Assembly: GCA_036170915.1 (NCBI GenBank)
Contig: JAVHQC010000001.1
Span: 32,001-96,000 of the forward strand
Source: Cyanobacteria bacterium auto_48_18
GTDB taxonomy: Bacteria > Cyanobacteriota > Vampirovibrionia > Obscuribacterales > Obscuribacteraceae
Direction: 5' to 3'
Length of the DNA: 64,000 bases
Shown piece by piece: positions 29,315-39,125 of the stretch. Each line of letters starts with the position of its first letter. Position 1 is the stretch's first letter. The notes beneath the pieces are model-generated. The model worked only from the letters and a program-made list of their open reading frames with translations, was not told the origin of the DNA and searched no databases. Made by a program: the position numbers and the translations under genes.

Positions 29315-30697
29315 ATGGATACTTCGGTGGCTATCGTAGCCGTAGGCGCAATCGTATTTTTGGCCCATCTTTTCGCCGTCGGCTTTGAGAAAACGCGCAT
29401 TCCTGATGTATTGCCTCTGGTAATTTTAGGTGTGCTGATTGGCCCGGTTTTTCACTTTGTTAAACCTGACGACTTTGGCCAGGTGGGCCAGGTCTTCACC
29501 ACTCTCGCTCTAGTCATTATCTTGTTCTATTGCGGGCTCGAGCTTGACCTTAATTTGCTGGTGAAATCTTTTTTGCCGGCACTAAAATTGGGTCTGATAA
29601 ATTTCACTGTCACTGTTGCCACTACCGTCTGGTTAGGCATGCAGGCTTTAGGTCTGGGAGCCACAGAAGGGTGCATCTTAGGCTGCATCGCTGCTGCCTG
29701 TTCGCCTCCTGTAGTCATTCCGATGTTGGCAAAGTTGCGCGCCACTGAACAAACGCGCACCATGTTGATTTTAGAGTCGACCATTTGTGAAGTGCTCGGT
29801 ATTGTAGGCACTCTCGCTTTTATCAAAGTGGCCACGCAAAGCTCTGTACAACCGGTGGCAATGCTCGGTCACATTATTGCTTCATTCATCATGGCGGCCA
29901 TTATTGGTCTGGCAGCCGGAGTGCTCTGGTCGAAATTGCTCACTGTGGTGCGTCACGTCGATGACAATATTTTTTGCACCCCGGCATTTGTTTGCATAGT
30001 TTTCGGCACCGCCGAATTGTTTGATTACAGCGGCCCGGTGGCTGCTCTGGTATTCGGTCTGGTACTGGGAAACATCAAAGAGTTGAAGTTCTTGAAGGGG
30101 CTGCGTGGCATCCACGGAGAAGCCGTAACTTTAACCTTGCAAGAAACTACATTTTTTGCCGCACTGGTGTTTTTGCTCAAGTCTTTGTTCTTTGTTTATG
30201 TTGGTCTATCAATGCAGTTCGATTCTGCGCGTCTGGCTGGCGCGGCCTTGATTCTTACTGTCTGGACACTGCTTGTGCGCCTGGTTGTGGTGCGCTTCAC
30301 CACTAGCGATAAGCTTTCCATCTACGACCGCTCACTGGTATCGATAATGGTGCCCAAAGGATTAGCTGCCGCAGTACTGGCATCGTTGGTTTTACAATCG
30401 GGCGTAAATGGTGCCGCCACCATTCGCGAAGTAGCGTTCGGTGTGATTCTCTTCAGTATTGTGCTGGTGGCTTTCCTTGCGTTCTTTCTTGAGCAAGGCT
30501 GGCTTGATGCTTTCTTCACTTATGTGTTTGGTAAAAATGCCCCGCTCAAACCAGACCCTGCTCTGGTTGTCACCGGCACTTTTTCTCACGCGTCGGCTCT
30601 TGAGGCTGCTAGAAAAACTCTGGCTGATACCGAGGCCGGTTTAAAAGTGATCAAAGACGATGGTGCTGTTACGGAACCTTCAGACAGCGGTCATTAG
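29315..30697 (+). CDS. Cation:proton antiporter (CPA1/NhaP-like)
   Basis: About 13 TM helices, with IILFYCGLEL, LILESTICE, FFVYVGL and MVPKGLAAAVLA. Confidence 0.88.
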   Translation: MDTSVAIVAVGAIVFLAHLFAVGFEKTRIPDVLPLVILGVLIGPVFHFVKPDDFGQVGQVFTTLALVIILFYCGLELDLNLLVKSFLPALKLGLINFTVTVATTVWLGMQALGLGATEGCILGCIAAACSPPVVIPMLAKLRATEQTRTMLILESTICEVLGIVGTLAFIKVATQSSVQPVAMLGHIIASFIMAAIIGLAAGVLWSKLLTVVRHVDDNIFCTPAFVCIVFGTAELFDYSGPVAALVFGLVLGNIKELKFLKGLRGIHGEAVTLTLQETTFFAALVFLLKSLFFVYVGLSMQFDSARLAGAALILTVWTLLVRLVVVRFTTSDKLSIYDRSLVSIMVPKGLAAAVLASLVLQSGVNGAATIREVAFGVILFSIVLVAFLAFFLEQGWLDAFFTYVFGKNAPLKPDPALVVTGTFSHASALEAARKTLADTEAGLKVIKDDGAVTEPSDSGH

Positions 30698-30793
30698 TAT
30701 GGTCGTTTGGCCTTTTCATCAGACAATACAAGACAAACTGCAAGCCCGGGCGATATCATGTATATGTCGTTAAGCAGAGGCAGGTAGGAAGGT

Positions 30794-31966
30794 ATGCAGT
30801 CCACCCGTAAAGTCGCGTCCAACCGGGCAGATCAGTTTCAAGAGTCGGTTATACGCGAAATGTCGCGGCTCTCAGCGCAGCACAAGGCCGTTAACCTGGC
30901 CCAGGGGCTTCCTGACTTCCCCTGCCCACCTGAGCTAAAAGAAGCGGTCACTCGGGCGGTTTTAGACGATGTCAACCAGTATGCCATTACCTGGGGCGAC
31001 AAATTTTTAAGGCAGGCACTGGCGGATCAATTTAAAAAATTCACGGGGCTCACAGTAGAACCTGAAACCGACATCACAGTTTGCTGTGGCGCTACAGAAG
31101 CCATGGTTGCTACCATGCTGGCACTGGTTGATGTTGATGACGAAGTAATTGTTTTCGAGCCCTTTTATGAAAACTATGGCCCTGACTCAATTTTGTGCGG
31201 TGCTAAGCCACGTTATGTGAAACTGCATGCACCTGATTGGACATTCGATGAAGCTGACCTGGCCAAAGCTTTCAACGATAAGACACGCGCCATTATCATC
31301 AATACTCCTCATAATCCTACGGGCAAAGTTTTTAGTTTGGAAGAGATGACTGCCATCGCCAAACTCTGTCAGAAACACAATGTGCTTGCATTCACTGACG
31401 AAATTTACGAACACATTTTGTATGATGGTGCCAAGCATGTCTCTATGGCCGCATTGCCAGGCATGGCTGATTTGACAGTGACAATCAACAGTTTATCGAA
31501 GACTTACAGCGTCACCGGATGGCGGGTGGGCTGGGCAATTGCCAACGCCGAACTGACTTTGCCCATTCGCAAAGTGCACGATTTTCTCACTGTCGGATCT
31601 CCAGCACCACTTCAACGGGCTGGTGTTACCGCCATCAACATGCCAGACAAATATTATGATGAGCTCAAGGCAAAATATACCGAGCGCCGCACCATGATGC
31701 TCGATATTCTTGATGGCGTAGGCATTCCTTACTTCAAGCCGCAAGGCGCCTATTATGCCTTTTGCGATATCAGCAAACTCGGTTTTAAATCAGACATGGA
31801 TTTCACCAAACATCTTGTCAAAGACATTGGTGTAGCCGTGGTGCCTGGTGGTAGTTTCTTCGGTCCTGATGCTGAAACACGCCATAACTATGTGCGGTTT
31901 TGCTTCAGCCGCAAAGAAGAAACCATGCTGGCAGCGAAAGAAAGATTAGCTAAGCTAGGAAAATAA
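30794..31966 (+). CDS. PLP-dependent aminotransferase class I/II (YbdL/kynurenine-methionine aminotransferase-like)
   Basis: VNLAQGLPDF, INTPHNPTGKVF, TDEIYE and SLSKTYSVTGWRVG (PLP lysine). Confidence 0.93.
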   Translation: MQSTRKVASNRADQFQESVIREMSRLSAQHKAVNLAQGLPDFPCPPELKEAVTRAVLDDVNQYAITWGDKFLRQALADQFKKFTGLTVEPETDITVCCGATEAMVATMLALVDVDDEVIVFEPFYENYGPDSILCGAKPRYVKLHAPDWTFDEADLAKAFNDKTRAIIINTPHNPTGKVFSLEEMTAIAKLCQKHNVLAFTDEIYEHILYDGAKHVSMAALPGMADLTVTINSLSKTYSVTGWRVGWAIANAELTLPIRKVHDFLTVGSPAPLQRAGVTAINMPDKYYDELKAKYTERRTMMLDILDGVGIPYFKPQGAYYAFCDISKLGFKSDMDFTKHLVKDIGVAVVPGGSFFGPDAETRHNYVRFCFSRKEETMLAAKERLAKLGK

Positions 31967-31995
31967 TCGCCCTCAGGGTTATCCGAGGAGGCTGA

Positions 31996-33426
31996 TTGCC
32001 GAGAAAAATTCCTGGCTTAACGCCATGGCGACTGAGTGTTTTCTGGATCTCATTTATCGTTTGTTTTTTGTTCGGAATTTTTGGCGGTCATTTAGAGGCG
32101 CTGCCATTTTTCTTTGCTCTGCAGTTTTTTCTAATTTGTCTCCCCGAGCTGATGGCTGTTTTTGCTTTGCCTTTTTGTCTCAGCGGACGACCGTTGCTGG
32201 CTTTGAAGATCAATAATGCCGCTCTTTTACTTGACGAGCATAATGTGCTGGCGCTCTGGTCAAAGTCATGCAGTTTGCTCTATAGCGGCGATCTTGAAGG
32301 TGCTCTCAATTCGTCTTCTGAGCTTATTAGCCTTGATCCAAAAGGTGTTCTAGGCTACAAAATTAGAGCACTCGTGCGCATGAATTATTGCGACTTCGCT
32401 GAAGGTGAAGAAGACTGCAAGGTGGTTCTCACCCGTGATCCCAAAGATTTCATCGCCTATCTCAACAGAGCATGTGCACGTTTACACATGGGCAAATTTG
32501 AAGAGTGTCTTGCCGATTGCGATAGCGTTTTGAAGTTCAAAAAGCTGCGCGAAAATGCTCATTTCGTTAGAAATGCCGCTTTGCTCGAGTTGCATCGAGT
32601 GGCCGAGGCTGAAGCCAGCCTGCAACAGCTAAATAAGATGGGCAGTAAAAGTTTTCTCGTGCCACTGACGACAGCTACTTACTATTGCCATTTTTATCGT
32701 TTTGAAGAAGCCTTGAGCATTTGCGCCAGCATTCCCCGAGACGTAAATGCCAAAGCCTTTCTCGGTATTCAGGCGGCATCATATATTGGCCTGAGCGAAG
32801 GAGAGCTGGCGGTGCAATGTGCCACCGCTCTGGTGACCGAATATCCCCATTTCTATTCTGGATATTTTTACCGCTCTACGCTTTTGACAGAAGCAAATTT
32901 TCTCGATCAAGCCATGATTGATTGTGATATGGTGCTGGCGTTGCAGCCTTATTTGAGCACGGTTAACACGCTGCGCGCGCGAATATATCTGGCTCAAGAG
33001 CAGTTCGATGATTGCTTGACTCAATGCGAGCAAGCCCTGATGAAAAACCAGTTCGACGTAGAAGCAATCGGTGTAAGAGGACGTTGTTTACTGGCTTTAG
33101 GCCGCCCTGCCGAAGCTGCATCTGAGTGCACGCGGGCTCTTGAAATCGACCACATCAACTGCAATTGTCTTGTTACTCTTGCCCTGGCCAAGGCAGAAGT
33201 TGAAGGTGCCGCCAGTGCGCTTGCTTTTCTTGAGCGCGCTATGGTCAACGATCCACATTCTCGTTTTGCTTATCAGAGTCGCAGCAAAATTTACGCACAA
33301 TTAGGTGAAATGGAGCGCTCAAAATCAGATTTTGAGCGCTATGAGAGTATGCAGAAAGAGTTGGTATCGGGAGTGCAGCAGAAGTTGCTGATTATGCTTG
33401 AGGGTGGAATGCACTATACTGATTAG
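31996..33426 (+). CDS. Membrane-anchored TPR protein
   Basis: N-terminal TM segments followed by TPR units (AYLNRACARL, YFYRSTLL, AYQSRSKIY). Confidence 0.8.
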   Translation: MPRKIPGLTPWRLSVFWISFIVCFLFGIFGGHLEALPFFFALQFFLICLPELMAVFALPFCLSGRPLLALKINNAALLLDEHNVLALWSKSCSLLYSGDLEGALNSSSELISLDPKGVLGYKIRALVRMNYCDFAEGEEDCKVVLTRDPKDFIAYLNRACARLHMGKFEECLADCDSVLKFKKLRENAHFVRNAALLELHRVAEAEASLQQLNKMGSKSFLVPLTTATYYCHFYRFEEALSICASIPRDVNAKAFLGIQAASYIGLSEGELAVQCATALVTEYPHFYSGYFYRSTLLTEANFLDQAMIDCDMVLALQPYLSTVNTLRARIYLAQEQFDDCLTQCEQALMKNQFDVEAIGVRGRCLLALGRPAEAASECTRALEIDHINCNCLVTLALAKAEVEGAASALAFLERAMVNDPHSRFAYQSRSKIYAQLGEMERSKSDFERYESMQKELVSGVQQKLLIMLEGGMHYTD

Positions 33427-33446
33427 GTAGGTACAGGAATTGCTAA

Positions 33447-34391
33447 TTGAGCTTTTTAAAGCACAGAAAAAATATTCCACTGCAGATTCTGATCGCCTTT
33501 TCTTTTTGTCATGTTTTTATCGCGACAGCTGCCGCTGCCCCACCGGCAAAACCTTCTGCTGACACTGTTCGAGTCAGCCGCGCCATTGACCTGATTTGCA
33601 CAGGCCATGTGATGGAAGGTCGGCGAATGCTCATACCTTTTTGTCATCGACCTGAAACTACGGCACCAATGTACTTTTATTTGGCACGCAGTTATATCGA
33701 AGATCCTGAGATGGATTCGAAAATGAATAACGAAATCGTGCAAGATTTGAATATGGCAATTAAGCTTGAACCTGACAATGGTGAGTATTACCGCTATATG
33801 GCTAAATATCACAATATTCAAGGCCAGTGGGACGAAGCGTTAAAGTACGCAGAGAAAGCGCTTAAGGCAAAGAAAGTTGATCTTGCAGCATACCGCGAGC
33901 GCAGTGGCACATACGCCAGTTTAGGCCGTTATAACGAGGCTCTGGCGAACATGGATATTTTCATGTCCAAGGTTCCTCCAGGCGAGGGTGCATATTTCAA
34001 TAAAGCGGTAATGCTGCAAGAATTGAAGCGATATGACGAGGCGGCAAAGTTCTATCGCCTATCAATTAGTCTGCGCAATCAAGATCGCACCATCATACAG
34101 TTGTCTCGCTGTCTTGATCTTGCGGGCAAGTATCAAGAAGCAATTGACGAATTGTCTAAGGTGATCAAAACCACTCCACAAGACGACGAATCGCTGGTGA
34201 TGCGAGCACGACTGTATCGTAAAAATAAAAATCCGCAGCTTGCCCTGAACGATTTTACTAAAGCACTAGAAATTGAACCGTCAGCAAAAACCTACACCGA
34301 ACGTGCTGCCGTGTATGCTCAGTTAGGGCAAAAAAGTGCTGAGGCTAAAGATCTGGCTAAAGCAAAAGAAATGCAGAGCATGCCTTTCTGA
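33447..34391 (+). CDS. Exported TPR protein
   Basis: Signal peptide followed by TPR units (AIKLEPDN, AYRERSGTY, ALNDFTKALEIEP). Confidence 0.85.
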   Translation: MSFLKHRKNIPLQILIAFSFCHVFIATAAAAPPAKPSADTVRVSRAIDLICTGHVMEGRRMLIPFCHRPETTAPMYFYLARSYIEDPEMDSKMNNEIVQDLNMAIKLEPDNGEYYRYMAKYHNIQGQWDEALKYAEKALKAKKVDLAAYRERSGTYASLGRYNEALANMDIFMSKVPPGEGAYFNKAVMLQELKRYDEAAKFYRLSISLRNQDRTIIQLSRCLDLAGKYQEAIDELSKVIKTTPQDDESLVMRARLYRKNKNPQLALNDFTKALEIEPSAKTYTERAAVYAQLGQKSAEAKDLAKAKEMQSMPF

Positions 34392-34417
34392 AATGAAGGC
34401 CAATTTCGATTTAGAAG

Positions 34418-34504
34418 ATCGGCCAAATAATCGGCCAAAATGATTACTGTTTGTCCGTAATCCGTGTATAATGGCTGGGTTGTATAGTTAAAAGATCGGC
34501 CAAA
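34418..34504 (+). promoter_or_regulatory. Three ATCGGCCAAA direct repeats around a TATAAT box upstream of the fic gene
   Basis: Copies at 34418, 34430 and 34495. TATAAT at 34467-34472. Confidence 0.5.
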
Positions 34505-35692
34505 GTGAGTGAAAATCCAAGTAGAATAGAACCGACGCGACTTGAGAATGTGTCTGAAGAAATTTCTGACGTGGTGGCAGAATTGTCCGCACGTTCAGCT
34601 GTTCTTGGAGCGACACTTCACCCTACCAGCGCTGCCAACTTAGCGGCGATAGTGCGGATGGTAAATACTCACTACAGCAATTTGATTGAGGGCCACGACA
34701 CAAAACTAAGAGACATTGAGCGCGCACTCGCTGGCGACTTCGAGCGTGATTTGACACGTCGCAATTTACAAAAAGAGGCAGCTGCGCATCTGCGAGTTCA
34801 AGCGGAAATAGACAGGTTGTACGCACAAGAGGCTCTGCCCGAGCCAACATCAGGTGCCTTTATCTGTTGGGTTCATCGAGAGTTCTATGACGGAGCAGAT
34901 GAAACAATGCTGACGGTGGTAGGTGAGAGCGATAAAATTGTTATGGTGCCAGGAGTGTGGCGGCACTCAATGCACAATGTGGTTGTTGGCAGACATCATC
35001 CTCCTTCTGGCGATACAGTTGACGACTTTATGCGTTATTTTGAAATGCGCTATGAGCTTGCTGCATTAGGCAAAGCCAGTCGCATCATGGCGGTTGCTGC
35101 TGCTCATCACCGCTTTAATTTCATTCACCCCTTTGCTGATGGAAACGGTCGTGTCAGTCGGTTGATGAGCCATGCTATGGCACTCAAGTCTGGTATTGGC
35201 GCTCATGGGCTCTGGTCTGTGTCGCGAGGCTTAGCCAGAGGCCTGGAAAGCGGCTCTGAATATAAGCTCATGATGGATCGTGCCGACTCTCCACGCGAAG
35301 GAGATTTCGATGGTCGGGGCAATCTCTCGCAAAATGCGCTGGCTGAATTTACGCTCTGGTTTTTAAAAGTTTGCCTCGACCAGGTGAATTTTATGTCTGC
35401 TTTATTTGACTTGAACAATCTTGAGCGCCGTCTCAAAAATTATGTCGACCAAAGTGACGTGCTGAAACCAGAATCGTTTCTGCTGCTGCGAGAAGCACTT
35501 GTGCGAGGAGTAGTTGAGCGAGGTGATGCGCCACGCATAACAGGGTTACCTGAGCGTTCAGCGAGAAGAATTTTAAAGGACGTGATTGATGTCGGACTAT
35601 TGGCTTCCGAAACACCCAAATCGGCAGTGTCTTTGCGCTTCCCGGCCAACTCGCTAGATACGCTGTTTCCACGACTTTATGTCAACAGCTGA
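34505..35692 (+). CDS. Fic family AMPylase, class II, with a C-terminal HTH
   Basis: Full HPFADGNGRVSR motif, N-terminal inhibitory SNLIEG (SxxxEG) and C-terminal ITGLPERSARRIL HTH. Confidence 0.92.
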   Translation: MSENPSRIEPTRLENVSEEISDVVAELSARSAVLGATLHPTSAANLAAIVRMVNTHYSNLIEGHDTKLRDIERALAGDFERDLTRRNLQKEAAAHLRVQAEIDRLYAQEALPEPTSGAFICWVHREFYDGADETMLTVVGESDKIVMVPGVWRHSMHNVVVGRHHPPSGDTVDDFMRYFEMRYELAALGKASRIMAVAAAHHRFNFIHPFADGNGRVSRLMSHAMALKSGIGAHGLWSVSRGLARGLESGSEYKLMMDRADSPREGDFDGRGNLSQNALAEFTLWFLKVCLDQVNFMSALFDLNNLERRLKNYVDQSDVLKPESFLLLREALVRGVVERGDAPRITGLPERSARRILKDVIDVGLLASETPKSAVSLRFPANSLDTLFPRLYVNS

Positions 35693-35706
35693 TCTCGTTG
35701 CAAGTT

Positions 35707-36033
35707 TTAAAGCGGAATCGCAAAAGACAAGTTAGACATGATGATTACTTGAGTAACAATGCAAAGTATGAGAATCATTCCGGCAGGCATGAATTTTTTT
35801 GTTTTGATCAAACGCATGATAAACACTATATCTAGCAATGTAATCACGACCATGCCGCTTATCAGTGCTGCTTGCATGTTGACAAAGCCAATGGCAAAGC
35901 AAATATCTAGTGCCACTGAACTGGCCACGCCGGCGATTAAAGAAGCCTTACTCTTAGCTTTCTTGAAGCCAATAATGCCGCCCACCAGTACCAGGGTCGA
36001 AAGTATCATCAGGGAGTAGTGAGCAAGTTGCAT
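35707..36033 (-). CDS. TMEM14 family small membrane protein
   Basis: GGIIGFKKAKSKASLIAG and RLIKTKKFMPAG motifs. Start moved to ATG 36033. Confidence 0.85.
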   Translation of the reverse strand: MQLAHYSLMILSTLVLVGGIIGFKKAKSKASLIAGVASSVALDICFAIGFVNMQAALISGMVVITLLDIVFIMRLIKTKKFMPAGMILILCIVTQVIIMSNLSFAIPL

Positions 36034-36112
36034 CTTATGTTTTTCCTGTAAATTCGGGCTTCTATTTTTATAGTCTGTTTGTCTTTTAGTTTCGTTTTTT
36101 ATTTTACTGCTG

Positions 36113-36583
36113 TTAACTATGTGATGGTTGGAAAACTCGCTCGATTTCCTCATCTTTTAAAACGAATTTTTCATCATCTTCCAGCTCGGTGCCGCCGTCT
36201 GCCCGTCGGGCGATCCATGTTCCAAGGCCGGCGCCTCCTCCTCCTGAAGTCGGTAGAATCCACCAGGTGCCAGATATTACGTTGCCGTCAGCGTTCATAG
36301 TACCGACGTATTCAACGGGGTCTAAGTTGCTTTTGAAATATTTTTTGGAGAAGCGCAAATCAGGATAGGTAAAAGTGCCGTTGACCACGGCTTCGCCAAG
36401 CTGACCGTCATCTAAAATGCTACCTTCTAAGTGAGGGCCAATTTCGATAAACACCGCTTCGAAGCTACCACCATCAGTGCGGCCGAAATAAAAATACTGA
36501 CCCATCCAGCTGCCCGAGATGGAATGATTTGGTGCTCCACCGCTGCCGGAGCCAAAGCCAAAGTTGCTACCAGAGCCGCTCAT
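36113..36583 (-). CDS. Hypothetical protein (small beta-barrel-like)
   Basis: 156 aa ORF with ISGSWMGQY...F.KKY...VEYVG...ISGTW beta-strand pattern. ATGA-coupled to the phosphoesterase. Confidence 0.6.
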   Translation of the reverse strand: MSGSGSNFGFGSGSGGAPNHSISGSWMGQYFYFGRTDGGSFEAVFIEIGPHLEGSILDDGQLGEAVVNGTFTYPDLRFSKKYFKSNLDPVEYVGTMNADGNVISGTWWILPTSGGGGAGLGTWIARRADGGTELEDDEKFVLKDEEIERVFQPSHS

Positions 36584-38067
36584 TTGGTAACGACAAACTG
36601 ATCGATGACTTTACCCTTGCTATTGATTTGTCTGACTGTGAGCGTTCTATCGTTGACATCCATGTCGGTATACGAATAATCGTTTGAGTCATATTTGAGA
36701 ATAAAATCTGATGGCAGGCCCTGCATATATAGCCTTGCCCCGCCTGCACCGGTGACTATGTGAATTGTCCCTTTGGGTTTAGTATTGGTGACCCCATCGT
36801 AATCCGTGTCAGTGGTCAGCGCACCATTGACGGTGCCATTGGTATTAAGAGTGAAGTTTTTTTGACCGGCCTTAGGCAAAAACGTGAGCGGATAACTTCT
36901 TTCATAACAGTGAGCGTGACCGGCGTAGACCATATCAACTTTGTATTTTTTTAAAAGGTCACTAATCAGGCGCATACGTTGTTCGTTGCCGTGAGGCAAG
37001 TCAATACTGAAGGCAGGCTGGTGGAAAGTGACAAATCTCCAGGTGGCTTTTTGCGCGTTTCTTAAATCATCAGCTAGCCATTTGCGGGTTTTAGCGTTGG
37101 TCCAGTCCATGTAATAGTTGCCGTCGAGCACCGTCCAGTGAGAGTTGCCATAATCAAAAGAAAAGTTCGCCATGGGTGGATAGGCGTCACCGGCAGACCT
37201 CTTAAAGAGTTCAAGTTTGCGTTCTTCACCCACAATAGGAGGAGTATTTCTTGCACCGTATACGGTGCCTGGGCCGTTTAGCGGCTGGTTCCAGAAAATA
37301 AAGTAAGCCATGGCATCAGGATGTTTTTCGAAATTAGTGCCTTTGCCATCAAGAGCAATGTCGTGATTGCCAAGCACACCTACTGAAAGCGTTGAGCGCA
37401 ACATTGGTACGCTGAGATTTTTGTTGGCATTTTTTTGCGAAGGGTCTTCAGCATCTTCGTTGTATACAGGAAAGAAGTTAGTCAAATACTGATTAAAGAG
37501 CCCGTGTTGATAGACAATATCGCCTGGAATTACAATCATGTCAGGCTTTGCTTTATAGACTTGTTGAGCGATGGCGCGCTGGCCGTCGGTGTTAGCTCCG
37601 CAGTCACCAAATATGGTTACTTTATATGGCTGGTCGGCCGATTTTTTGGCTGTGGCCGTGGCCGAAAAAACTTCGGTTCCACCAGTAGACAATTTATACG
37701 TAAAGCTGGCTCCAGGAGTCAGTCTGGTAAAGCGCGCGGTGTATTTCCTCACCGGCGTGGCCATTCCCGGTAAGGCCACCAATCTCTCTAAAACAGATGC
37801 CGCTGGCCTATAGTCCTGCGAATTGCCAGACTTAACTTCCACCCGCCATTTTTGCGGCTCTTGTTCAGCTTGGACCGCACCTTTTTTAGTGGCGCCCATG
37901 GTGCCGGTAAACCAGACAATGGTGGCTGTGGTGGCATCGGTTCGCGTTTCATAGCCGAGCTGCATATATGGTTTAACGAGAAAAGTCTCAGCAGCTTGCG
38001 CACTCAGGGCCGACTGCAAGCAAAGAGTGAGGAGCAAAGTGACGGCCGGATTGATCCATTTGCGCAT
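36580..38067 (-). CDS. Secreted metallophosphoesterase, purple acid phosphatase-type
   Basis: Motifs GDCG, GDIVY, GNHD, TFHQP and GHAH, with an FN3-like N-terminal domain. The signal peptide starts at ATG 38067; the longer ORF call runs into the tRNA. Confidence 0.9.
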   Translation of the reverse strand: MRKWINPAVTLLLTLCLQSALSAQAAETFLVKPYMQLGYETRTDATTATIVWFTGTMGATKKGAVQAEQEPQKWRVEVKSGNSQDYRPAASVLERLVALPGMATPVRKYTARFTRLTPGASFTYKLSTGGTEVFSATATAKKSADQPYKVTIFGDCGANTDGQRAIAQQVYKAKPDMIVIPGDIVYQHGLFNQYLTNFFPVYNEDAEDPSQKNANKNLSVPMLRSTLSVGVLGNHDIALDGKGTNFEKHPDAMAYFIFWNQPLNGPGTVYGARNTPPIVGEERKLELFKRSAGDAYPPMANFSFDYGNSHWTVLDGNYYMDWTNAKTRKWLADDLRNAQKATWRFVTFHQPAFSIDLPHGNEQRMRLISDLLKKYKVDMVYAGHAHCYERSYPLTFLPKAGQKNFTLNTNGTVNGALTTDTDYDGVTNTKPKGTIHIVTGAGGARLYMQGLPSDFILKYDSNDYSYTDMDVNDRTLTVRQINSKGKVIDQFVVTK

Positions 38068-38096
38068 GATCAACCTCGTTGGTTTTAATTTAAAAA

Positions 38097-38172
38097 TGGT
38101 GCCGAGACGCAGAATTGAACTGCGGACACAAGGATTTTCAGTCCTTTGCTCTACCAACTGAGCTACCTCGGC
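38097..38172 (-). tRNA. tRNA-Phe (GAA)
   Basis: Reverse complement GCCGAGGTAGCTCAGTTGGTAGAGCAAAGGACTGAAAATCCTTGTGTCCGCAGTTCAATTCTGCGTCTCGGCACCA: 76 nt cloverleaf, GAA anticodon, encoded CCA. Confidence 0.98.
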
Positions 38173-38238
38173 AGAATCACGCGAAACTCAGCGCTGGACT
38201 GATTGAGAGTCGGCTCTAAGCGTGAAAAGCGTTGGATC

Positions 38239-38266
38239 AATATACCACAAGACTTTTCACGGTCAA
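38239..38266 (-). promoter_or_regulatory. Sigma70-type promoter for tRNA-Phe
   Basis: Minus strand TTGACC-N16-TATATT with an extended TG, about 65 nt upstream of the tRNA. Confidence 0.6.
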
Positions 38267-38305
38267 ATGTCATACATCACAATGCTGCGAATCTTTGCGC
38301 AAACT

Positions 38306-38965
38306 TTATTGCTGTTGCACTGGTGAGACGGCGCGGTTGAAGAATGCCGCCACTCGGCAGCCTTCGCCGGCTTTTTTGACGAGAAAATCCATTGTCAGTT
38401 GCTGGCTGGCTGGCGGCTGGCCTGACATTTGCATCACCAGAGTGCCCGTGACGGTCACAACCACGGAGCCATCAGGGTTGGTGGCCACCGGTTGAATCGA
38501 GACCGGCTGGAAAGAGCCTACAGTATTGCCTGAAGCGATTCCCTGCTGCACTCCGGCGTTCCAATACATATCTTCGAAAGCTTTTTTAGCCTCAGGAAGC
38601 ATCCAGGCATCGGCCTCTTTGTGATTGGCAACGGCTGAGGCCATCTGGTAGTCCATGGCTTTGGTTATCCACCAGTGCACAAAATCTGCCGCCAGCTTGG
38701 GCGTCAGCGATGACTGAGCCGGTTGAGCGGCTGGATCAGCTGCTTTTTGCTCTGCAGGCTTGGTCGCGGCGGCTTTGGCCGGGTCATCTTCAGCCGCAGG
38801 CACTGGTTTGGTTTGAGTGCCGCGCCTGGAGCCGGTCTTTTCAGGGTTTTCTTGCATGCTAACCCCGCCGAAAAATATGCCCGCAATGCCTATCAGCACA
38901 ATGGCCATGACGATTTTGTCGTGCATCAAACGTTGAATAAAAGCTCGAATAAGGTCTTGAATCAT
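38306..38965 (-). CDS. Membrane-anchored NTF2-like protein, DotI/IcmL/VirB8-like
   Basis: N-terminal TM and an Ala/Pro linker, then a helical part (FVHWWITKAMDY...WMLPEAKKAF) and beta strands (VVVTVTGTLVMQ...QQLTMDFLVKK...GCRVAAF) in the DotI/VirB8 layout. Judged by eye. Confidence 0.45.
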   Translation of the reverse strand: MIQDLIRAFIQRLMHDKIVMAIVLIGIAGIFFGGVSMQENPEKTGSRRGTQTKPVPAAEDDPAKAAATKPAEQKAADPAAQPAQSSLTPKLAADFVHWWITKAMDYQMASAVANHKEADAWMLPEAKKAFEDMYWNAGVQQGIASGNTVGSFQPVSIQPVATNPDGSVVVTVTGTLVMQMSGQPPASQQLTMDFLVKKAGEGCRVAAFFNRAVSPVQQQ

Positions 38966-39125
38966 CTTTATTGCTGCGATCTACACTCTCTATCAAATAG
39001 CCTGGCGGCGGAAAAATCAACTGGCTACTAGTAATCTTCCCATTCTAAACCGCTTGCGCGTCGTTCGGCGCAGGTTACATGTACAATTGCATCGGTGTGC
39101 ATGGGTGCTCCACAGGACTTTCAAC

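Noticed and set aside
38068..38157. N-terminal extension of the phosphoesterase ORF as called (36580..38157)
   Set aside because: It runs through tRNA-Phe; the signal peptide starts at ATG 38067.
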